Shown one piece after another: positions 9,460 to 17,875 of a stretch of 27,748 nucleotides of DNA. The notes beneath the pieces are model-generated. The model made no database searches, was not told the origin of the DNA, and worked only from the letters and a program-made list of their open reading frames with translations. Every line of letters begins with the position of its first letter. Positions within the stretch are counted from its first letter, which is position 1. The DNA is from Anaerolineae bacterium (lineage in GTDB: Bacteria; Chloroflexota; Anaerolineae; Promineifilales; Promineifilaceae): positions 1-27,748 of the forward strand of contig JANQSK010000446.1 of NCBI GenBank assembly GCA_028284105.1. Direction: 5' to 3'. Position numbers and translations under genes: made by a program.

Positions 9460-10638
9460 GTGCGAATCGGGCTAGTTACAGGTGAATTCCCCCCTATGGA
9501 GGGGGGCGTTGGTGCATTTACAAATGAGTTAGCAAAAGCCTTAGGGGAAGCTGGGCACGATGTTTTTGTGTTAACTTCCCGATTAGCCCGACCACCCGAT
9601 CAACCTCGACAAATCTCACTTTTATCTGAACCAATCGATTTAGGTTACGCTACGTTATTGCCTATTGTTCGAAATTGGCGATGGGCAACCAATCGCGAGA
9701 TAGTTGATTGGTCAATCCGCTTCGACCTCGATGTCGTCAATATTCAATATCAAGCGGCGGCCTATGGTATGTGGTTGCCCGCCATTAATTTTGCCCCTAG
9801 AAGGTTACGCAATGTGGTGAAAACGGCCGTTACCTTCCATGATTTGCGCCACCCCTATTTTTTCCCAAAAGCTGGAAAACTTCGTGATAAAGTGGTTCAT
9901 TTGATGGCTCAACAAGCGGACGGTGTATTAACGACAAATCCCGATGATTTTCAAAAAGTGAAGGAGCTTGCCTGTGAAAAAGTCACAGAAATTCCCATTG
10001 GGAGCAATATCGCAGCGTATAAACCTAATCATATCGAAGTCGAGGAGGCCAGGTCCGAATTAGGGGTGCCTCAAAATGGGGTGCTTTTAGGTTACTTTGG
10101 CTTTTTGAATGAAACAAAAGGGGCGGAGTCACTCTTAACGGCCGTATCAAAAATGGCGCCTTCGCATCATGTGGTATTCATCGGAGGCCAACTAGGTGCA
10201 AGTGATGCGTCAAACAATGCCGCTTATTTAACCCACCTTCGCCAAATAATTCACACATTGGATATTGAAGATCGCGTTCATTGGACTGGATATCTGTCTG
10301 ATAGTCGGGTTTCAACGTATTTGTACGCAACAGATATGATGGTGATGCCTTATAAAGATGGTGCATCGCTCAGACGTGGAACGCTTATGGCTGCATTGGC
10401 ACATGGACGGCCGTTAATTTCCACGTGGCCGATTGGCCCAACCCCTTTTTTGGAGCATGGTAAAAATGTTTGGTTTGTACCGATTGATGATCCAGATGCC
10501 ATCGTAACGGCCGTAGCTAACATCAAGACAAATGGCATGCTTCATGAGAGTTTAGCTATTGGGGCCACTCAAGTTGCCCAAAACTTCACTTGGGAGTCCA
10601 TTGCAAAGAAAACGGCCGTATTTTTTGAATCATTGTGA
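9460..10638 (+). CDS. Glycosyltransferase family 4 (GT-B)
   Basis: GTG start; MRIGLVTGEFPPMEGGVGAFT, TFHDL, YFGFLNETKG, WTGYL, DMMVMPY..GASLRRGTLMAALAHGRPLI, and F(T)WESIA. Confidence 0.9.
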   Translation: MRIGLVTGEFPPMEGGVGAFTNELAKALGEAGHDVFVLTSRLARPPDQPRQISLLSEPIDLGYATLLPIVRNWRWATNREIVDWSIRFDLDVVNIQYQAAAYGMWLPAINFAPRRLRNVVKTAVTFHDLRHPYFFPKAGKLRDKVVHLMAQQADGVLTTNPDDFQKVKELACEKVTEIPIGSNIAAYKPNHIEVEEARSELGVPQNGVLLGYFGFLNETKGAESLLTAVSKMAPSHHVVFIGGQLGASDASNNAAYLTHLRQIIHTLDIEDRVHWTGYLSDSRVSTYLYATDMMVMPYKDGASLRRGTLMAALAHGRPLISTWPIGPTPFLEHGKNVWFVPIDDPDAIVTAVANIKTNGMLHESLAIGATQVAQNFTWESIAKKTAVFFESL

Positions 10639-10691
10639 TAAATGTCCATGCACTTAATAGATAAAGCAATAAGGAAAAATAGGAGATACCC

Positions 10692-11132
10692 ATGTCAAAC
10701 GATCCAAATGAATTAAAAAAATTTGTAGAAAGCCATGGTGGAATTCATGCTGTTCGTGGTGGTGGGGCCAACAATCGTTCTTGGAATGGCATCCGGTACA
10801 AAACAGGCCTATCTGGTAAGAATGTAGGGTCAAAAAACTTATCTATGAATGTTGCCACTGTGCCTCCAGGTGCAATCGCCTATGCGCATATTCATGATGG
10901 ATTTGAAGTGATGCTTTTTATTCTTGAAGGAAAAGTGCGACATGAATATGGGCCAGATTTAGTTCACTCAGTTGATCATGAAGCAGGGGATTTTATTTAT
11001 ATTGAACCTGGAATTCCCCATGAGGTCTTTAATATTGGAGATGGTCCACTGATGGCGGTAGTAGCCCGCTCTGCTGCAGATGAGTGGGATAAAATCATCG
11101 ATTACCCATCAAAAAACAGGCCAAAAGAATAA
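10692..11132 (+). CDS. Cupin-domain protein (RmlC-like, uncharacterised family)
   Basis: Cupin motif 1 VPPGAIAYAHIHDGFEVMLFILEG and motif 2 AGDFIYIEPGIPHEVFN; strong AGGAG SD. Confidence 0.88.
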   Translation: MSNDPNELKKFVESHGGIHAVRGGGANNRSWNGIRYKTGLSGKNVGSKNLSMNVATVPPGAIAYAHIHDGFEVMLFILEGKVRHEYGPDLVHSVDHEAGDFIYIEPGIPHEVFNIGDGPLMAVVARSAADEWDKIIDYPSKNRPKE

Positions 11133-11133
11133 A

Positions 11134-12276
11134 ATGGCTTTAGACCTGTCAAATATTCGAAATTCATTTCCGATTTTTGAAAACAAAACCTTTATTAACA
11201 GTTGTTCTAAGGGGGCACTTGCCACTCAAGTTCAACATGCTTATGAAGCCTATTTAAAAGATTGGGCTGAATTAGGGTCTCCATGGGAGCTTTGGGTTGA
11301 CCAACTGGAGGAGTTCCGTAGCTTAGTTGCTCAACTGCTCAATGCCCATCCAGATGAAATTGGTGTCACAACGTCAGTCTCGGCGAGTGTTAATGCCCTA
11401 GCTAGTTCGCTTGATTTTTTAGGGAAGCGTTGTGAAGTGGTCGTTGATGATTTTGCCTTTCCGACAACAGCCCAAATTTGGCATGCTCAATCAGCTCGTG
11501 GTGCTATTGTTAAGCATGTCCCAGAAACGAATCATGAGATTCCTTTGGAGCAATATGAAGCTGTTATTAGTGAAAAAACGGCGCTTGTTTCATTAACGCA
11601 TGTTTGTTATCGAAATGGGGTCATGCAAGACGTTTCAGAAATTATCGAGCTTGCCCATCAAAAAGGGGCACTTGTCATGCTGGATAGTTATCAACTGCTT
11701 GGCACGATGCCTTTTGATGTTAATGTTGCTCAACCTGACTTTTTAGTAGGGGGAATGCTGAAATATTTGCTGGGTTCTTCGGGATTGGCATTTATTTACG
11801 GCCGTAAATCACTTATTCCCACATTGACACCCCAAAATAGCGGCTGGTTTAGTCAAGACAACATCTTTGCGATGGATATCTATCAAAATACCCCTTCATC
11901 TTCCGCTAGACGATTCGAATCCGGTACGCCACCTAATCCAAATGTGTACGCGGGGATAGCTGGATTGAAGCTTATTCAGGATATTGGCTTAGACAGTATT
12001 GATGCCCACCGAGTTGATATAACAGGTGCAATAAAACAAGGGGCAAAAGAAAGAGGATTTCAACTCGTCACATCCGAAGACCCTTCTAAACATGGTCCAA
12101 TGATTACCATTTATTCGAACGACCCAGCTAAACTCGTTCGTCTAGTAGAACTAGAAGGTGTTGTTATATCGCATAGAGATAGCAACCTTCGAATTTCCCC
12201 TCACTTTTACAACACGCTCAATGATGTAGATCGGCTTTTAGATGCACTCACGAGTCACAAAGAGATGTTGGTTTAG
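11134..12276 (+). CDS. Aminotransferase class V PLP-dependent enzyme (kynureninase/cysteine desulfurase-like fold)
   Basis: FINSCSKG, DFAFPT, LDSYQLLG (PLP Asp), GGMLKYLLG (Schiff-base Lys), RRFESGTP, and LRISPHFYN. Start at ATG 11134, 1 nt after the cupin stop. Confidence 0.88.
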   Translation: MALDLSNIRNSFPIFENKTFINSCSKGALATQVQHAYEAYLKDWAELGSPWELWVDQLEEFRSLVAQLLNAHPDEIGVTTSVSASVNALASSLDFLGKRCEVVVDDFAFPTTAQIWHAQSARGAIVKHVPETNHEIPLEQYEAVISEKTALVSLTHVCYRNGVMQDVSEIIELAHQKGALVMLDSYQLLGTMPFDVNVAQPDFLVGGMLKYLLGSSGLAFIYGRKSLIPTLTPQNSGWFSQDNIFAMDIYQNTPSSSARRFESGTPPNPNVYAGIAGLKLIQDIGLDSIDAHRVDITGAIKQGAKERGFQLVTSEDPSKHGPMITIYSNDPAKLVRLVELEGVVISHRDSNLRISPHFYNTLNDVDRLLDALTSHKEMLV

Positions 12277-12304
12277 TCCTTCGCAAGAGCTATACTCCCC
12301 CCTT

Positions 12305-12997
12305 ATGTTTCGATACCGATTGATAAGCTTCTTTATGCATTTAATTCGGACCTTGCTACTTGCTCGTATTAAGGTTACTGGATTGGAGAATGTTCCTCCC
12401 AAGGGTCCTTGTGTGGTCACCACCAATCATATGAGCACGGTTGATACGCCTATTCTGCTCATGGCATTTCCCATTCAGGAATGGTCCTTTTTTGCAGGCG
12501 AAAAATGGAAATCCCACCTCATATTTGGACCAATTATGGCATGGTTGGGAGCCATTTATATTAATCGGGAATCGATTGATCGTAAATCGATAAGACAAGC
12601 ACAAGAAGCCTTGATGGGTGGGGCAATTTTTGGCTTAGCGCCAGAAGGGGCGCGCTCGAAAGATGGCAAATTAGAAAAAGCCAAAGGTGGAGCCGCTTAC
12701 CTCGCTCATCGCGCTAAAGCTCCCATCTTGCCTGTGGGTATTGTCAATTCAGATGTCTTATTCCAAAATTTCAAGCGATTTCGCCGAACTGAAATTGAGG
12801 TTCACATTGGGAAAATCTATACATTACCTCAGCTGGATCGACGAGCCAAAGGGGAAGATTTAGATGCATTAACGCATCTGATCATGTCAAAAATTGCTGC
12901 ACAATTGCCTGAGCGATATCATGGTGCATATGCTGAGAGTTCCGCGTTAAAAGCGATCAAAAATGGAGAAGATCCTTGGCCCTATTGTCATGAGTGA
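12305..12997 (+). CDS. Lysophospholipid (1-acyl-sn-glycerol-3-phosphate) acyltransferase family, PlsC-like
   Basis: NHMSTVD (HX4D), APEGARS (PEGxR), and APILPVGI. I place the start at ATG 12305, because the longer ORF overlaps the previous gene. Confidence 0.88.
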   Translation: MFRYRLISFFMHLIRTLLLARIKVTGLENVPPKGPCVVTTNHMSTVDTPILLMAFPIQEWSFFAGEKWKSHLIFGPIMAWLGAIYINRESIDRKSIRQAQEALMGGAIFGLAPEGARSKDGKLEKAKGGAAYLAHRAKAPILPVGIVNSDVLFQNFKRFRRTEIEVHIGKIYTLPQLDRRAKGEDLDALTHLIMSKIAAQLPERYHGAYAESSALKAIKNGEDPWPYCHE

Positions 12998-15755
12998 ATT
13001 GCCCCTAGAAGTTCAAAAACAGTTAGATGAAATTGAAAAATCGATTGCTGAAACGCAAGCGCGTTTTAAAGATTTAATGTCGCCAGATGAGATTAAGCAG
13101 CTGGTTGTTAAGTTTGAAGCAAAAAGAGATAAACTGCTTGCTCAATATGGGGGACAACAGGGAAAAACGGCCGTTTTGGCCCAGCGTTTTTGGCAGCAAT
13201 ATCCTGACGTTGATCACCCAGAGATTATTCAAGCCACGACCTCTTATTTCGACTACATCAATAATCGTTTTAGCCTTCTTAACTTTCAAGGATTGGGCTT
13301 TGCCAATCAATTGCCAGGCCGATTAAAACTTCGAAATTTATATGTCCCATTAAAAGTTCGCCCTTTTTTGCCAGAGGGTGAGACATGGCCACGACAATTT
13401 GTGACTGATATTGATAATCATGAACCTGTGGAAATATTGCCTCTGTTTGATGATGAATCAGGACTGGTTATTTTAGGGGATGTTGGGGCTGGCAAGACAA
13501 CCTTTTTACAATATATTGCGCTTTCATTGGTGAATGGAGAAGATGTTCATCAGACGGTCAACGGCCGTATTCCGCTCGCAATGCCTCTCTCTGCCTATTA
13601 CGACGAGCTTGAAAATAACAACATCTCCCTTTATGACTTTTTTGTGACCTATTTTGATAATTTAGGAGGTAGTCTGCCTTTTGGGCAACTATTCAAGGAA
13701 GTTGTGGCACGTGGGAAAGCCCTCATTCTCCTAGATGGTCTTGATGAAGCGCGGGATGCACGATTAAGAAATCAGGCGGTGCAAAACATCGTTGATTTTA
13801 TTGCGTTAAATAAAGGGAACGGCAATAAATTTTTAATAACCAGTCGACTCGTTGGTTATAGGCAAGCACGCATTTTTGCTGACGGTGTTTTAGAATGCAC
13901 ATTAGCCGATATTGATGAACTGCTTGGTGGGCGTTTTATTGAACGCTGGTTGCTGTTCGTTGAACAACAAGAGGCAGATGGTGAAGCTATCAATCGAGAA
14001 AAAGAGACGCTTCGCAAGCAGATTTGGGGGAATGTGGCCCTCTCTAGGCTTGCCTCAAACCCTCTTTTGCTCACGATCATGCTAATGATGCAACGACAGG
14101 GCCTTTCCCTTCCGCATCGTCGTGTCGAGCTCTATCATCAATTTATCAATACCCTTATCAAAGATTGGAATCTAGCCCGAAATCCACGCAATATGCCAAA
14201 TACGGCCGTTTCTGATGTCCTAGAAACGATGAGGACATTAGGGCCTCTTGCGCTTTGGATGGAAGAAGACAACCCTGGTGCTGGTTTAGTGCAGCGAGAA
14301 GATTTTCGTCGCGAGCTTGTGAATGTGTTTCGACAAAGAAAAGCAGAAAATCCAACTGTTGAAGCCAATCAATTTCTAGATGACATCAAACAGTTTAGCG
14401 GAATACTTGTTGAACGTGAAGATCAAAACATTGCGTTTTTGCATCGCTCGCTTCAAGAATATTTGGCTGCCTGGGCCATAGCGCACAAAGGGCAAAATAG
14501 CGTTGAGCCTGTTGTAGAATTTATAGCTTCCCATATTATCGATAAAACTTGGTGGGAATTATTGCGGTTGTCGGTGGGCATCATTGGGATTGTGCAGCAG
14601 CGGGAAGATACGGCGGGCATTATCTTGAGCCGTGTTATGGATTCTTCTTTTGGTGAAGGAGGAATTGGATTGACCTTAGTGGGTGAAATGCTAGCTGATA
14701 TTGGTCAATCTGGTGTGACTGTTGAGGTGTACGATCGCATTCTCCGTCATTTATTCAAAGCGCTGCAGGATGAAAACGATGTCAGTGCAGATTGGCGAGT
14801 TGGAATTGGGCAAGTTATTGGCCGAATGAATAAATGGAACACAATTGTCGATGAAATTCAATTTTGTTATGTGCCAAGTAGCGATTTTTATTTGGGCGAA
14901 CAAAAATATGAACAGCTTGTGACTGTATTAGATACTCCTTATTGGCTTAGTCAGCATCTGATAACCCACAGTCAATTCTTTGAATTCGTCGAAGATGATG
15001 GCTATAAAAATCCGGAATTTTGGGTAGAAGCAGCGACCGTTTATCGCTGGCGTTCAGGTGAAGTGATGGACTGGGAGCGATTAGGGTGGCGAAAAGAACC
15101 ACATGATTATGGCTATCCATTTCATTTACCAAACCATCCAATTGTTGGCGTTTCTTATTATGAAGCACTCGCGTTTACTCGATGGTTAGAAAAACGATGG
15201 GTTGCGCGTGGATTCATTGAGCCCCATTGGCAGGTTCGATTACCAACTGAAATTCAGTGGGAGAAAGCAGCTAAAGGTGGCCTTCAACTGCCCCAATTCC
15301 CAGTTGAGGCTGATGTTCACCTGTTGATTCCCGTTTATGATGCCTTTTTTGAGCCACTTTTTGATAATTCAATGCCTAAACGGCCGTTTCCATGGGGAGA
15401 CGAACCTCCCTTAAATCATGCCAACTTTAGACACCCAAACAACCAACATTTTGATGAAAGCAGTAACTTTGGCCTTTGCTTTTCTAAGGGTAAAAGCCCT
15501 GTGGGTTGTATGGATATGAGCGGGAATGTTTGGGAATGGACGCGCTCACTATTACGGCCGTATCCATATAATCCTGACGACGGACGCGAAACCATGGATA
15601 TCCAGCTATTTCATACGCTGGCATTACGTGGTGGCGCTTTTTGGTCGCTTGAAGAACAAATACGAACCGTATCGCGCATAGGTCGTAGCCCAAATACACG
15701 TTCAGATAGTATAGGTTTTAGAGTCTGTGTGATGGTTCCCAATCCCCCGAGATGA
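12990..15755 (+). CDS. NACHT NTPase - FGE-sulfatase (SUMF1-like) domain protein with an N-terminal coiled coil
   Basis: Walker A GDVGAGKT, Walker B LILLDGLDE, ITSR, LASNPLLLT, FLHRSLQEYLAA. FGE motifs: HPIVGVSYYEALAF, RLPTEIQWEKAA, DMSGNVWEWT, RGGAF, and IGFR. Start ATG 12990 overlaps the upstream stop (ATGAGTGA). Confidence 0.9.
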   Translation: MSELPLEVQKQLDEIEKSIAETQARFKDLMSPDEIKQLVVKFEAKRDKLLAQYGGQQGKTAVLAQRFWQQYPDVDHPEIIQATTSYFDYINNRFSLLNFQGLGFANQLPGRLKLRNLYVPLKVRPFLPEGETWPRQFVTDIDNHEPVEILPLFDDESGLVILGDVGAGKTTFLQYIALSLVNGEDVHQTVNGRIPLAMPLSAYYDELENNNISLYDFFVTYFDNLGGSLPFGQLFKEVVARGKALILLDGLDEARDARLRNQAVQNIVDFIALNKGNGNKFLITSRLVGYRQARIFADGVLECTLADIDELLGGRFIERWLLFVEQQEADGEAINREKETLRKQIWGNVALSRLASNPLLLTIMLMMQRQGLSLPHRRVELYHQFINTLIKDWNLARNPRNMPNTAVSDVLETMRTLGPLALWMEEDNPGAGLVQREDFRRELVNVFRQRKAENPTVEANQFLDDIKQFSGILVEREDQNIAFLHRSLQEYLAAWAIAHKGQNSVEPVVEFIASHIIDKTWWELLRLSVGIIGIVQQREDTAGIILSRVMDSSFGEGGIGLTLVGEMLADIGQSGVTVEVYDRILRHLFKALQDENDVSADWRVGIGQVIGRMNKWNTIVDEIQFCYVPSSDFYLGEQKYEQLVTVLDTPYWLSQHLITHSQFFEFVEDDGYKNPEFWVEAATVYRWRSGEVMDWERLGWRKEPHDYGYPFHLPNHPIVGVSYYEALAFTRWLEKRWVARGFIEPHWQVRLPTEIQWEKAAKGGLQLPQFPVEADVHLLIPVYDAFFEPLFDNSMPKRPFPWGDEPPLNHANFRHPNNQHFDESSNFGLCFSKGKSPVGCMDMSGNVWEWTRSLLRPYPYNPDDGRETMDIQLFHTLALRGGAFWSLEEQIRTVSRIGRSPNTRSDSIGFRVCVMVPNPPR

Positions 15756-15813
15756 CCGTAACAAGAGGGGCTACGGCCGTTCCTCCACACCCTTTAAGAA
15801 TGCTGGAGCCTGC

Positions 15814-16002
15814 TCATTGCCTTCCACTTGAATGGGAAATTATCCCGAGAGAATGAGATCTCATTAACCAAAAACCATCAGCACAATTTAGACTTTGCTG
15901 ATATAGAATGGGACCTGCGGAGAACACAAATGTTCCCACTGGTTCATCCATAACTTTCCGGTTAATCAAACGTTCTCTGTTGGGTATTGATTTCATGTCC
16001 AA
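15814..16002 (-). CDS. Candidate small protein (about 60-62 aa), unknown function
   Basis: Perfect AGGAGG (16015..16010), then 7 nt, then TTG GAC ATG AAA. The frame is open to TGA at 15816..15814. No recognisable motif. Confidence 0.45.
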   Translation of the reverse strand: MDMKSIPNRERLINRKVMDEPVGTFVFSAGPILYQQSLNCADGFWLMRSHSLGIISHSSGRQ

Positions 16003-16626
16003 CGTCGAACCTCCTATAAGCATTTTTGTTAGAGGGAGCCCCGAAACTTCTTGCTACCCATAAACAGAATAAAATAAAATATTGTTTATTACCGCTAAAC
16101 GACCTTCAGGTGAGTTGTTTAATAGGTTACATAACTAGGTAAATCACAAAAAGTTTTAAAAATTAGATGAGCTTCAATGATTGTGATTTCCTATGTGATT
16201 GATAGTCTTTATAAGACATCTTTTTTAGAAAACTTTCTGTCAGTTACTTAAACAATTCTGATGACAACGGCCGTTACATTAAATGCCATTCATTCCAGAC
16301 CAATCGATCTACGATCATATATGCTAATGTGTTACAAGTTTTAGAGATGGACTCCGAATACCTTTGACTGGAACAAACTACTATTAATAGGTATAACGAT
16401 ATTTTAGCCCAAATGTTCGTGAATTTTGTGTAAATACACCTAATTTCCTCTTGATCTTCATGGCCCATTAGTACTACATCAAGAGTTGTCCTGAAATTTT
16501 GAAATATTTCTTTCAAGGTGCACAAATTTTCTTTTATTCAACAGTAAAATTTAAGGTTGCCACTCATTGTCTACTCATGTAACACAAACATTTTCTTAAC
16601 ATCATTCAAAGAAAATAGCTTGAAAT

Positions 16627-16638
16627 TGATTAATCACC
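16627..16638 (+). promoter_or_regulatory. Candidate operator, palindrome TGATTAATCA(CC), copy 2
   Basis: Identical 12-mer to 5927-5938, again starting 24 nt before the ATG and abutting the AGGAG SD. Confidence 0.5.
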
Positions 16639-16650
16639 CAGGAGTGTAGA

Positions 16651-17553
16651 ATGAAAAATCGAATACAAGTAGTGGGGTTGGCCGCCATCATTGTTCCCTT
16701 TTTAATCGGTTGTGGACTTCAAGCAGTTGAAGAGCCTTCCGCACCAATTGAAGCAGTACCAATTGAATTGGAAGAGGATACAGATACAGCAGAAGCAGAG
16801 GTTGAAGAAGCTGTTGTTGAAGAAGAATCAGAACCAGAAGCAGAAGAGGTGATGGAAGAGCCCACACCTGAACCGGTTGAAGAACCAACGGCAGAACCTG
16901 TTGAGGAACCCACTGAAGAAGCCATGGAAGAGCCCACACCTGAACCGGTCGAAGAACCAACAGCAGAGCCTGTTGAAGAACCCACATCTGAACCCGTTGA
17001 AGAACCTGAAGCAGCCATTACCATATTTCAAATTTCTCAAGATGAGTCAAATGTTCGCTTTGAACTCGATGAGGACTTAGCAGGGAATCGCATAACAGTG
17101 GTTGGTGAAACAGATCAAGTTGCTGGGGAACTGGCTGTAGATTATAGTGATTTATCGTCAGCACAGGTGGGTGTGATTCAAATTAATGCGCGTACGCTTG
17201 TAACAGATAACGAATTCCGAAATAGGGCTATTAACAATCGTATTCTTGATACAGGTACATTTGAGTTTATTACATTTACACCATCAGCCGTTGAAGGATT
17301 GGATGGGGCAATCGCAGTTGGTGAAACTGTAGATTTTACTTTGGTCGGCTCTCTCACTGTTCGTGATATTTCACAAGATGTGACATTTACCGTGACAGCA
17401 ACGGCCGTTTCTGATACGCAAATCACAGGCAGCGCAAGCACCATCATTTTGCTTGAAGATTATGAAATTACCATTCCCCAGGTGCCTAATGTTGCTAACA
17501 TTGAAGAAGAAGTAGAACTCTATATTGATTTCACTGCGAATGCGGTACAATAA
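16651..17553 (+). CDS. YceI-family (polyisoprenoid-binding) lipoprotein with a long acidic Pro/Glu linker
   Basis: Signal peptide with lipobox FLIGC; E/P-rich linker; YceI-like domain ESNVRF...GETDQVAGEL...INARTLVTDNEFRNRAI...GSLTVRDISQDVTF. AGGAG SD. Confidence 0.85.
   Translation: MKNRIQVVGLAAIIVPFLIGCGLQAVEEPSAPIEAVPIELEEDTDTAEAEVEEAVVEEESEPEAEEVMEEPTPEPVEEPTAEPVEEPTEEAMEEPTPEPVEEPTAEPVEEPTSEPVEEPEAAITIFQISQDESNVRFELDEDLAGNRITVVGETDQVAGELAVDYSDLSSAQVGVIQINARTLVTDNEFRNRAINNRILDTGTFEFITFTPSAVEGLDGAIAVGETVDFTLVGSLTVRDISQDVTFTVTATAVSDTQITGSASTIILLEDYEITIPQVPNVANIEEEVELYIDFTANAVQ
16843..17007 (+). repeat. Intragenic tandem repeat: two 72-bp units (16843-16914, 16915-16986) built from about 24-bp EPVEEPT subunits, plus a partial unit
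   Basis: EEVMEEPTPEPVEEPTAEPVEEPT / EEAMEEPTPEPVEEPTAEPVEEPT / SEPVEEP. The DNA units differ mostly at synonymous positions. Confidence 0.92.
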
Positions 17554-17625
17554 TTAATACAGAGATAGACTAAAATTTGAGAAAGGTCACAATTATTTAT
17601 TGTGGCCTTTCTTTTTGGATTTCAT

Positions 17626-17784
17626 ATGGAAGAAACAACCCTCGTCATCATTTCTATTATTTTGTTGCCTATATTGGCTTTTCTGCCTGGAATAATTGGG
17701 CCTTGGGAACTGTGGCACAGCATGGTATTGATGTTTGTGTTGGGATTCGGTGGTTTGTTTTATCAGTGGTCTCAAAACAAATAA
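17626..17784 (+). CDS. Candidate small two-TM membrane protein (52 aa; alternative GTG start at 17602)
   Basis: Two hydrophobic segments (TLVIISIILLPILAFLPGII and MVLMFVLGFGGLFY) joined by GPW. The SD is weak. Confidence 0.45.
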   Translation: MEETTLVIISIILLPILAFLPGIIGPWELWHSMVLMFVLGFGGLFYQWSQNK

Positions 17785-17875
17785 TTTTCTTAATTTTAAT
17801 ATAAAGTACTTACTTTAGTTCTTGAAATTGCCCCCCTTTTTGATTACCCTTCAAAAATTGAGCTAGAAAAGCTAC

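Noticed and set aside
15600-15755. Diversity-generating retroelement target (FGE/C-type-lectin C-terminus)
   Set aside because: I found no template repeat resembling this region and no reverse transcriptase in the window. It cannot be excluded elsewhere in the genome.
16261-16344. 27-codon + strand ORF MTTAVTLNAIH... containing the palindrome in the TAV frame
   Set aside because: No SD and too short to distinguish from chance.
16274-16525. 83-aa - strand ORF in the AT-rich gap
   Set aside because: No SD, no recognisable motif and atypical composition. It could be a decayed gene, but I cannot support that.
16688-17080. Several antisense/alternative-frame ORFs over the yceI linker
   Set aside because: They are shadows of a low-complexity GAA/CCN repeat that lacks stop codons in other frames.
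17577-17804. 75-aa + strand ORF overlapping the small membrane ORF
   Set aside because: It is an alternative frame without coherent features. The 17626-17784 frame gives a more protein-like two-helix pattern.
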